Source: Candidatus Altimarinota bacterium (lineage in GTDB: Bacteria; Patescibacteriota; Gracilibacteria; CAIRYL01; GCA-016699755). Taken from it: a stretch of DNA of 64,000 nucleotides. The DNA is taken from the NCBI GenBank assembly GCA_963664295.1, contig OY760935.1, positions 973,604-1,037,603 of the forward strand, read 5' to 3'. The notes beneath the pieces were generated by a model. It did not search any database and was not told the DNA's origin. It saw only the letters and a program-made list of their open reading frames with translations. Positions within the stretch are counted from its first letter, which is position 1. Every line of letters begins with the position of its first letter. Positions 30,101-38,300 of the stretch are shown piece after piece. The position numbers were made by a program, and so were the translations under genes.

Positions 30101-30348
30101 CCTGTGACATATACCTTAACTGTTGAGTCGTTGGCAAATTGTTCAAAATTTCTTCCTGTAATAACCATTAAAAAATTTTTTGCCTTTTTGTTTTCTTGAA
30201 AGGTGACATTGTAAATTTCCGGCTTACTTAATAACCCTTCTTCACCGTCTTCCTCTGCTTTTACATAACAGCAGGAAAAAACAAGAACAAAGCTTGTTAG
30301 TAAGGCAATAATTCTTTTTGTGTTAAACATATTTTTTAAATATATCAA
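27163..30348 (-). CDS. Large S-layer-homology (SLH) anchored surface protein with repeated IPT/TIG-like Ig domains and an acidic Ca-binding-like linker
   Basis: Signal peptide, then repeated about 85-aa units (P.I..V....G..G..V.I.G.NF). Next come an Asn/Asp/Glu-rich DxDxDG-type stretch (DDLDGDGLSNIEE...DSDNDGHDDNEE) and three C-terminal SLH motifs (FSDL...ITRGDF, FIDI...ITRAEALK, FKDL...LTRAQA). Confidence 0.8.
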   Translation of the reverse strand: MIYLKNMFNTKRIIALLTSFVLVFSCCYVKAEEDGEEGLLSKPEIYNVTFQENKKAKNFLMVITGRNFEQFANDSTVKVYVTGPDNKELNVSSDIEYVVFDHMAVRLDEDTKSGNIRVEIKYKKEIVESDPFYVDVPAPEIYFVYGKDGILPGKEVEIHGKNFSGLFVDTEISLSGLKNYKITDNLISFKLPRLKYQKDIEIIRDGLKSNELKMSKIFPPIIQNISVEKGVSDDNKDLFKIVAENIPNDTKKVKVKFNNKSVTPEQIYENHYGKIIIEAEAPKPLPPLSLIKVVVDKTESNILVYEKSDPVEITNIEYISDKRQEKILDIFANNLPTNEDDIEIKIGGKKIGQDEFSTVYNKIRINTENDIKTKGEILITAYEKYQSNPFEYDLEENLEPRIYKIEDKYGFHEGTPFTIYGSGFGNDTSDIKLSVSGAKLDKNIGLDGVKLSGGKIEAGFLLPEDSTDVELSEEPSKVVKIYVQRGKNKSNVLEVPFGSDHPTAVYAAPMIKKVLFPEGKVRGKKVEIYGYNFPTNIKHNVVTLNKSELTVTDVDSRGKKITAILPEDAKSGSLRVKATYPEEKISEGFDLEIAPSDSAYLEFSFQKLETEEKTAIIEEKQEELVLANLNIKNFVSNLAIQQMELELNFEEGDPESEFAIDKLKIAPFSEIYLKKGSKEVAGPAFIRTTKNIVYLSFPPFEMPLTEDEEGDEYKIEGNLLPFLTDNSKISLSFDPKNNNQFAVRALDFGNNNGVIIKNKSKINSETVEIRNPTIFCINGQGEDGENGVDYCKSIVVNQLGDVSIDEDLLQKTGGNSENENDNSNDNQNEENNAEEGYTTSEDDLDGDGLSNIEEHFLGTDEENIDSDNDGHDDNEEIKNGSSPIKRGTSQIFSDLKDAEWATEYIIKLKLFGVIKDNKKFYPNKAITRGDFLQMAVDALREEALPTVSQNPFIDIPTNHELAPYAQFAKNKNAIKGYNDGTLRPENNITRAEALKILLTIKGLKGSKKKSDFKDLDSWQITWVEKAKELGIVKGFSDTEFKPNDNLTRAQATKIIYGLIWN

Positions 30349-30404
30349 GATGTTTATAACAAATTATTGTCTATTTTGCACGAAAAATAAACCTTTAATG
30401 GAAA

Positions 30405-30902
30405 CTAGGCTTGATAATTTTTTTGTCTATTCCAAATAAAATCAAACTCTTTTTTTGTTGGGGCGTTTTTTCTGTCTTTTATTCTTTGATACGCTTTTTG
30501 TTTTGAACACTTTGCTGTAATTATTGTTTCGCAAAAACTAGGAAAATCAAACTTTTCCCACAAAGCACCCACAATAAACAAACTCTTTTTTTCTTTTTTT
30601 GCTTTATCTATGTGGTTTTTCATTTCTATTTTCATGTCTGGGTGAACTATTTTTTCTAGCTCATCAAGGCTTTTTTTTGAAGAAAAAACTATTTTTTTTA
30701 AGAGGCTCCTGTTGATTTCACTATTTTTGTTTAAAATTTGTTCCCCAAATTTTTTTATAAGTTGTGATTTAATTTTTTGTTTTTTTAATATACTGTGTCC
30801 AACTTCGTCCATTTCTAAAATAATGCCACCTTTTTTAAGGGCTAATTTTTTGGCAAGCGTGCTTTTGCCAGTTCCTATTTTACCAGTTATGCCAATTATC
30901 AT
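30405..30902 (-). CDS. coaE: Dephospho-CoA kinase
   Basis: MIIGITGKIGTGKST P-loop at the N-terminus. Size (165 aa) and the ...VHP... pattern are typical of CoaE. Confidence 0.8.
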   Translation of the reverse strand: MIIGITGKIGTGKSTLAKKLALKKGGIILEMDEVGHSILKKQKIKSQLIKKFGEQILNKNSEINRSLLKKIVFSSKKSLDELEKIVHPDMKIEMKNHIDKAKKEKKSLFIVGALWEKFDFPSFCETIITAKCSKQKAYQRIKDRKNAPTKKEFDFIWNRQKNYQA

Positions 30903-31516
30903 TTTTTTGGAGGAACACCTTTTTCTGCTATGTGTTTATGGACTATGTCCACTAATAATTCTTGTAGCGCATCAGCATTTTGCATTTTTTGTCCATTTAT
31001 ATATTCTTCTCTAATTTTGAGCACATATAGTTCTATGTTTTTTGGATTATTAGCGTTTTTTAGGACAACATGGTCCCCTGAAGTAAGGCCAGCATAAATA
31101 TCGCCATAGTTTAATACTGTGCCCAAAAAACCTTTTTTTTCGTAGGCAATCTCTTTGATGTCATTAAAGTCAACTCTTGATGATAGTCTGTGAAAAAGAC
31201 TTTTCCACTCAACATCCAACATAGACATATTGGTCACTAGCCAGGCATCAAAATACCAGTCCATTAAGGCAGATAGGTATATCAAAGATGCAAAAATAGT
31301 CCACAAAACAGAAAGCCAAAACATAGGCGGAAAAAGCATCCAAAGAACCCAAGGCATTGCCCAGCCAAGAAAAAATATCTTTGTAGACATTTTAAAGATT
31401 TCAATCCAATGCTTATGTCCAACAAAAAGGATTTTTTCTCCTTCTGCCAAGTGGGACCGAAAAATTATTTTTTGAAGTATCACAGATACAGTTTGACAAA
31501 AAATTTGCTTTTGCAA
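30899..31516 (-). CDS. Hypothetical membrane protein (two-TM hairpin plus bPH/YdbT-like C-terminal domain?)
   Basis: 205 aa. It has a TTG start in the track and an ATGA overlap with coaE. A TM hairpin (FFLGWAMPWVLWMLFPPMFWLSVLWTIFASLIYL) is followed by a soluble domain. The function call is weak. Confidence 0.45.
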   Translation of the reverse strand: MQKQIFCQTVSVILQKIIFRSHLAEGEKILFVGHKHWIEIFKMSTKIFFLGWAMPWVLWMLFPPMFWLSVLWTIFASLIYLSALMDWYFDAWLVTNMSMLDVEWKSLFHRLSSRVDFNDIKEIAYEKKGFLGTVLNYGDIYAGLTSGDHVVLKNANNPKNIELYVLKIREEYINGQKMQNADALQELLVDIVHKHIAEKGVPPKK

Positions 31517-31563
31517 AAGTAAGATTTTTGTGTGAAAATTTTTTTTGTAATAATATTAGGGGT

Positions 31564-32682
31564 ATGGAAGAAAACAATAACAATCAATTTGCGGGAAATA
31601 ATGAGGAAAATTTAAGCGAGAAAAGCCTAGATGATATTCGCAAAGAGCAAGTTGATAATGAAAAAATTGAGGAAAAAACTTCGGAAATCAAGAATACAGA
31701 AGAAAAACCACATTTAAAGCTAAGTGTAGACCTTGGCTCTGCTATGCAACCGTCTCAACATGCACAAGAAGAAAAACCCAAGCCAGAAGAAAAAGAAAAA
31801 ACCCAAGAACAAGTGCAAGAAGAAAGTGACAAACAAAAAGAACAAGAAGAAAAACCTAAGCCAGAAGAAAAAGTAGGCTTAAAACTGGAAGGTGTTTATC
31901 AGCCAAAAGGAAAAATGTGGGGCAAGGTTGTTAAAAAAGAAGGAGAAAGCGAATTGCGTTTTCAGATGCGAAAAATTTTAATGTTTTTAGCAGATTTATT
32001 TTTGGATATTGTTATTATTTTAATAATAGTTGTGTTTATTAGAGTTTTTCTCATGTCGCCTTTTCAGGTAAAAGGCAGATCCATGTATGATACTTTTGAA
32101 AATGGTGATTTTATCATTGTTGACGAAATAAGTTATCGCTTTGGTGACCCCCAGAGAGGAGATATTATTGTTTTTAAGCCTCCTACAAAAGATAGTGTTT
32201 CTGAGCAAACTGGTTTAGCTTGTTTTTTTAGAAAAACTTATGCACGCATAACAGGAGAAAATACAGAAACAGCCTGTATTGTTTCGGATTATTTTGTAAA
32301 AAGAATTATTGGCACACCTGGAGACACTGTTAAGATTAAAGATGGCAAAGTCTATGTAAAACCACGCAATTCAGACAATGAATTTAAGTTAGTGGAAGCT
32401 TATCTTATGCCAGAAAATCAAAATCACACTTGCTTAACCCAGTCTAACTCTTGCGCTACTACTCTTGACATGGATGGTAAAACTTTTGAAGTTCCAGAGG
32501 ATTTTTATTTCGTTTTAGGCGACAACAGAAATGGAAGCAATGACTCAAGACATTGGCAAGAAAACGGTCAGCCGTCTTCATATGTTCCTTTTGATAATAT
32601 TCGTGGTAAGGTGCGCGTTGTTATTTGGCCATTGAATGATATTCAGTGGGTTGGTAAAGAAAATTATGAAAGCGAACAATAA
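31564..32682 (+). CDS. lepB: Signal peptidase I with long Glu/Lys-rich N-terminal extension
   Basis: Catalytic Ser box GRSMYDTF, Lys box VKRIIGTPGDTV and box E GDNRNGSNDSRHW. Start set at ATG 31564 (MEENNNNQ) preceded by AGGGG. Confidence 0.88.
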   Translation: MEENNNNQFAGNNEENLSEKSLDDIRKEQVDNEKIEEKTSEIKNTEEKPHLKLSVDLGSAMQPSQHAQEEKPKPEEKEKTQEQVQEESDKQKEQEEKPKPEEKVGLKLEGVYQPKGKMWGKVVKKEGESELRFQMRKILMFLADLFLDIVIILIIVVFIRVFLMSPFQVKGRSMYDTFENGDFIIVDEISYRFGDPQRGDIIVFKPPTKDSVSEQTGLACFFRKTYARITGENTETACIVSDYFVKRIIGTPGDTVKIKDGKVYVKPRNSDNEFKLVEAYLMPENQNHTCLTQSNSCATTLDMDGKTFEVPEDFYFVLGDNRNGSNDSRHWQENGQPSSYVPFDNIRGKVRVVIWPLNDIQWVGKENYESEQ

Positions 32683-32683
32683 A

Positions 32684-34105
32684 CTAGCTTAATAGTTTTT
32701 TTAGGATTTCATTTACTGCTTTTGGGTTTGCTTGACCCTTGCTTTTTTGCATAACTTTGCCGACTAAGGCTCCCAAAGCTCGATCTTTACCGCCTTTATA
32801 GTCTTCTGCTATTTGAGCATTTTCACTGATGACTTCTTGGCAGAATTTTTCAATTTCTCCTTGATCAGAGATTTGTACTAAGCCTTTTTCTTCAATGTAT
32901 TTTTCAGGATCTAAATTATCACCAGCAATTGTTGGAAAAATTTCCTTAGCAATTTTATTTGATATTTCTCCAGCTTCTACTAAAGCAATAAGTTTACCTA
33001 AATTTTCCGCAGAAAGTTGGCAATTTGGATTTTCTTTTAATAAAGCCAGATAGTCGCCAATAATCCAGTTTGCTGTTTTTTGTGGGCTTTTTGTAATTTT
33101 TACAGTTTCTTCAAAAAAATCAGCTAATTGTTTTTCGCTGGTTAAAACCACTGCTTGAGCAAACGGCAAAGCGTGTTCTTCTATAAAACGCAGAGTTTTT
33201 GTTGCTGGTAATTCTGGTAATTCTTTTTTTATTGTTTCCACTTCTTGGTCTGTGGTTTCGATTGGCGGTAGGTCTGGCTCAGGAAAGTAACGATAATCTG
33301 CGCTTTCTTCTTTTGTTCTTTGGCTTATGCTTTTTTCTTTGTCTGCATCCCAGCCTCTTGTTTCTTGAATTATTTTTTCACCATTTTCTAGTGCCTTTTT
33401 TTGTCTTTTTATTTCATATTCCATTGCTTTTTTTACATTGGCAAAAGAATTCATGTTTTTTATTTCCACCTTTGTGCCAAACTCTTTTGCACCTTTTTTA
33501 CGAATTGAAATATTAGCATCACATCTCATCATTCCTTTTTCCATGTCTGCATCAGAAGTGCCTAAATAACGCATTATTTTTTGTAGTTCTTTTAAAAACT
33601 CAAAAACTTCATCTGGTGAACGAAAATCAGGCTCAGTCACTATTTCCAAAAGAGGAGAGCCGGCTCTATTAAGATCAACAAGTGAAGAATGAGCGCCTTC
33701 ATGCATCAATTTGCCAGCGTCATTTTCCAGATGAGCCCTGTTGATACGAAAAGTTTTTTTCTTTTTTTCAATAAGCACATCAACTTCACCTTTTTCTGCT
33801 ACAGGTTCGTCAAATTGAGAAATTTGAAAGCCGGAAGGCAAGTCTGGATAAAAATAACTTTTGCGATCAAATTTTGAATATGGAAGAAGTTTACATTTTA
33901 AAGCTAATGCGGTTTTTTGTGCCATTTTTAATGCACTTTGGTTTAATACTGGCAGTGTGCCAGGAAAACCGCTACAAACCGGGCATATTAAAGTGTTTGC
34001 CTCTTTGTTAAAAGTATCATTTGAGCAATTACAAAAAAGCTTGGTTTTGCTTTTTAGTCTAACGTGGATTTCTAGTCCTCCTACCATTTCGTAAGTATTT
34101 TCCAT
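32684..34105 (-). CDS. gatB: Asp/Glu-tRNA(Asn/Gln) amidotransferase subunit B
   Basis: GLEIHVRLKSKTKLFC, CPVCSGFPGTLPVLN and a YqeY-like C-terminal domain. 473 aa. Confidence 0.93.
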   Translation of the reverse strand: MENTYEMVGGLEIHVRLKSKTKLFCNCSNDTFNKEANTLICPVCSGFPGTLPVLNQSALKMAQKTALALKCKLLPYSKFDRKSYFYPDLPSGFQISQFDEPVAEKGEVDVLIEKKKKTFRINRAHLENDAGKLMHEGAHSSLVDLNRAGSPLLEIVTEPDFRSPDEVFEFLKELQKIMRYLGTSDADMEKGMMRCDANISIRKKGAKEFGTKVEIKNMNSFANVKKAMEYEIKRQKKALENGEKIIQETRGWDADKEKSISQRTKEESADYRYFPEPDLPPIETTDQEVETIKKELPELPATKTLRFIEEHALPFAQAVVLTSEKQLADFFEETVKITKSPQKTANWIIGDYLALLKENPNCQLSAENLGKLIALVEAGEISNKIAKEIFPTIAGDNLDPEKYIEEKGLVQISDQGEIEKFCQEVISENAQIAEDYKGGKDRALGALVGKVMQKSKGQANPKAVNEILKKLLS

Positions 34106-34167
34106 AAAAATAATCCTAAAAAATAACGATACAATTTTTGCACAAAACTATTTTTGTAGCAAAATCT

Positions 34168-35277
34168 TTATTGTTCCATAAGACTTTTTATTTCTGCGGT
34201 AATTGCTTTTTTGAAATTTTCTTCTGAAAATTGTTCAGCATGGGCACTTATTTTTTTGTAATCAAAGTTTTTTTCAATTTCAAAAAAATAAGTCATGGCA
34301 TTTAATAGCGAGTCTTCGTTTTGTTCATCAAAAAATACACCTGTTTTTTCAGGAACTACAGACTCTTGCAACCCTGCAGAATTAAAAGCAATAACTGGCT
34401 TTCCGGACGCCATTGCTTCAACAGGAGTAATGCCAAAATCTTCTATCCCCGGAAAAATAAAACCACGACAATTTTGTATGTATTCGGTGACAACAGAGTC
34501 ACTTTTTCTTCCTAAAAATTCAATATTTTTTCCAGCAATGTCTTTTAGATAATCTAAGTCATCGCCTGCTCCAATAATAATTAGTTTGTGCTTAGGAATT
34601 CTATTAAAAGCTTTTATGGCAATGTCTATTTTTTTGTATGGTTGGAGAGCAGAAACTATTAAAAAATAGCCTTCATTTGTTTTTGTGGGTGTAAATCTTT
34701 TTGTGTTTACAGGAGGAAAAATTACATTAGCATCTTTGCGCCAAAATTTATCTATCCTTCTTTGTACTGTTTTTGAGTTAGCGATAATTTTTTCTGCCCT
34801 TGCTGATGCGACAAAATCCCACATTCTTAATTTATGAGCATAATTATAAATCATTGCTTTTTTTAGCCTACCAAATATGCTTTTTTTTGCTTGTTGATCT
34901 GCTACTTGATGATAATAGTCCCAAACATAACGCATGGGAGAGTGGCAATAACAAAGGTGTTTTGTGTCTGTGTTGGTTAAAATTCCATGCGCAAAAGCAC
35001 TAGACGAAGAAATTACTAAGTCGTAATCATTAAAATTAAAACTCTCTATTGCTTTTGGCATTTTTGTGCGCAAAAAAGAGAGAGGAACACCAAACTTATA
35101 GCTTTCATTTATTTTGGCTGTTTTAACTTTTTCTTTTGGAAAATCCTGTCCGCACTTTTTTTCATCATAAAGCAGAGTGTATATTGGGGCTTTTGGGAAC
35201 ATTTCACTAAAAATTTTGGCCACTCTTTCAGCGCCACCTAGTTTAATCAAAAGCTCATGTACAATTGCTATTTTCAT
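34168..35277 (-). CDS. Glycosyltransferase, GT4 (GT-B fold) family
   Basis: MKIAIVHELL...GGAERV at the N-terminus and EDFGITPVEAMASGKPVIA (the E-x7-E region). Confidence 0.8.
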   Translation of the reverse strand: MKIAIVHELLIKLGGAERVAKIFSEMFPKAPIYTLLYDEKKCGQDFPKEKVKTAKINESYKFGVPLSFLRTKMPKAIESFNFNDYDLVISSSSAFAHGILTNTDTKHLCYCHSPMRYVWDYYHQVADQQAKKSIFGRLKKAMIYNYAHKLRMWDFVASARAEKIIANSKTVQRRIDKFWRKDANVIFPPVNTKRFTPTKTNEGYFLIVSALQPYKKIDIAIKAFNRIPKHKLIIIGAGDDLDYLKDIAGKNIEFLGRKSDSVVTEYIQNCRGFIFPGIEDFGITPVEAMASGKPVIAFNSAGLQESVVPEKTGVFFDEQNEDSLLNAMTYFFEIEKNFDYKKISAHAEQFSEENFKKAITAEIKSLMEQ

Positions 35278-35339
35278 GGACAGTTATAGGTCTTTAAATT
35301 GTGTCATAAAAACAAAAAAACCAAAAGAATAAAATTTAC

Positions 35340-35368
35340 TTGACAAATATAAAAAAAAAGTAAAAAAT
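35340..35368 (+). promoter_or_regulatory. Putative promoter of the 1367-aa gene (TTGACA-N17-AAAAAT)
   Basis: TTGACA at 35340-35345, a 17-nt spacer and AAAAAT at 35363-35368. An AAGGA Shine-Dalgarno lies just before ATG 35391. Confidence 0.35.
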
Positions 35369-35390
35369 AACAATCCTTTAGTATAAGGAC

Positions 35391-38300
35391 ATGAAAAATA
35401 CAGCTAATAAACGACCTGTTGATAGTTGGGAATCAGCTGGTACCCAAAAAAAACAGGAAAATTTGCGCTCTATTGAGGGTGGTATTAGTTCAGAAATGGC
35501 AACTGCTGAAATAACCGTTGAAAGAGAAAGAGCAAAAACATCATTAGGTGTTGAAAGACAGCTTGCTGTTTTGCCTAGTCTTGTTGAGGATAAGACGGCG
35601 TCATTAACTGATCAGCAAAAAAAATTGGCTCAAAGATATTGTTTTGTGAGTAATAAGGCTCAAGAAAGTGATGAAAAATTAGAACAAGCAGAGGCTCGAC
35701 TTTTAGAAGCAGAGCAAAAATTAACAAACAATAGTTTGCCTGCGAAATATCAAAAACAGGTAAAAGCTGAATTAGAAAACGCACAAAGAGCTTATGAAAA
35801 AGCAAAAAAAGCACAAGAAAAAGATAGCGAGAGATTACAAAAATTATTAAACCAAAATGGTTTTACAACATTAGTAAGTGATCTTGATTTAGATAACCCA
35901 AAAAATAAGCAAGCAATTGCAGGAGAAGTTAATAGGAGTAATGTTCATAAAATTAAAGCAAAAGAGGGCGTATTGTCTGTTGCAATGGGTAAATTAAGCT
36001 TAGCAACATTAACACCGCTTAATGCAGGTGAGATAGCACACGCTATTCGTTATTGCGTACCAAGAGACAAAAGGTCTCGTATGTTAAATAATGTTTATTT
36101 ATATAACTCAAGAGCACTTGCTGTTTGTGAGCTACATGAAGAAATACATGAACTTGATAAAACAATAATTCCTCTTCAAAAAGCAATGGAAGAAGTTGGG
36201 GTTAATGACCCAAAATATGCTGAATATGAAGATCGTTTGGTAAAAGCAAATAAAAAATCAGAAGTGCTCAATGAAAGGCTTCTTAAGTTATTAAAAAAAG
36301 GCGATCGTTTGCACGGTGCTATTTTTTCTGCACTTAAAAAAGTAGGCGTAGAAATTGAGCAAAAAGAAGAAAGCGAGGCTAGCATCAAAGCTAGCCAACA
36401 AGGAATATTGAATTCATTTAAAGGCCTAGAAACAAAATTGAAAGCAGGAAATGTTTCTGCAAAAAAAATGGAAGCAGACTTGCAACCTATAATGACTCAT
36501 TTGTTGTTGTTGCGCGGTGTTACACAAAACGCGAAAGACGGCAAGTTGAACCTAAAAGCAAAAGAACAAAAAGCTTTTGAAATACTTGGTGATAAGTTGC
36601 CTATAATTGAAGATGCGCTTAATAGCATTCTTGATACACTTGAAGAATCGGAACAAGCGCAAAAAACAAAAAAAGGATTTCTTTCGAAAGTTAAAGGTTT
36701 TTTGCGTAAACCTAAAGCAAAAAAAGTGGCAAAAGTGGCAATGTTAACTATGGCTACTCTTTCTGTTAATAGTGGCATCATCACTGATGCGGTATCTGAT
36801 TTTTTTAGTGAATTAAACGACTTGGACTTAGGCGATAGTGATTTTGCAAAAGCTTTGCAAAATGCTTTTGCAGGTTTGGCAGATGGTTTAGACAATATTG
36901 GCGACTCCGCACTTGCTTCAGAAAGTACTACCTTGAGTAGTGGCGTAAAAGCTGAACAAATTAAAGAAGGTGATACGCTGGGGCAAATTGCTGACAAAAT
37001 GAGTGTAGATAATTGGCAGAATTTGCAAGTTAGTGAGGACGGAGGTCAAACATGGACTAGTGCTGAAAAAATAAATGAATATGCTATTCAGCCAGGTTGG
37101 TTAGTGGCTACTGATGGCGCTCAGCAAAGTGCGCCAATAATAAGTAATGATTACCAGACCGAAACTGTTAAAAAAGGTGATTACCTTTTTAAGATGTTAG
37201 ATAGAATGCCAGGGGCTAATTCTTTAGATGACTTAGAAATTAGCATGAATGGCGGGGTTAGCTGGACAAGATATGGTGATTTTAATAATCCTAATTACTT
37301 AGAACCAGGCTGGCAAGTAAGGACAGCAACGCAAAACATTTCAACTCAAACAGCTAGCTTTACAGAGACGCACATTGATCCTCCTCAAAACACAGAACAA
37401 ATAGAGGTAGTTGAAAATAGTGGTGAAATTAAATTAAGAGCATCAGCGTCAGTAAAAGAAGCAAACTTGCCACAAGCAAGACCTCAAGCAAAAGAAATTA
37501 TTAGAGCAGATATTGGCACAGCAACAAAAGTAGATTCTGCAACAATTATTGTACCAGGCGAAAATGACGATATACCAGGTCAAATGGAAAGAAGATTGGA
37601 TCCTGTAAACATGCCACAAACAGAAAGAACATTTTTTAATGGTAATGTTTTAGTTGGCGGTGGGGTTAGTTATTTTAATGGACAAGTAGGCTCTCATGGC
37701 GAGGCCTATGCCGGCGGTGATCATTTTGCTATTGGCGCTGAAGCAGGTTATGCAAGTGATAATGCCTATGCAAGCCCTAGCGCTGGTTATTTTTCAGATA
37801 ATTTTGATTTAGCAGTAAAAGCCATGTTTGCTAAAGGCAAATTAAAATCAGCTTTAAGTTTGCCAAATGGTGATCATGTATTTGAAACTGAACACACAAA
37901 AACAGGTGTTGGGTCTCATTTAGGAGTAAACCTTGGTTCAGGACCAGTTAAGAGAGCAGAAGTTACGCTTGGTTATGAAAAAACATCAAGTGAAGATGCT
38001 GGAAGTGCATCTTTTAGGGCTGATAATGGAGATTTGTTTAAATATGATGTAAAAGCAGAAGGTGCAACTGAAAAGTTTGGCAAAGTTAATCTTATTAGCA
38101 ACCCCTTTCAGCTTGGCGGAGGTTGGACAGCAAATTCTAATGTTGGAGTTTTGCATGAAAGCTTAAACTTTGATGAGCCTACAGGATATAAATTAACAGA
38201 TAATGGTGAAGATTTTACAACTCCTGTTGTAGGAGCTTCTGTTGAAAGTAGTGGAAAAACCCAGTGGAAGTTTGCAGGAGAAATGGGTGCCAATTATTAT

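Noticed and set aside
31740-31880. Repeated EEKPKPEEK coding stretch in the LepB N-terminal extension
   Set aside because: It is a low-complexity Glu/Lys/Pro linker with only two imperfect copies. It is ordinary compositional repetition, not a discrete element.
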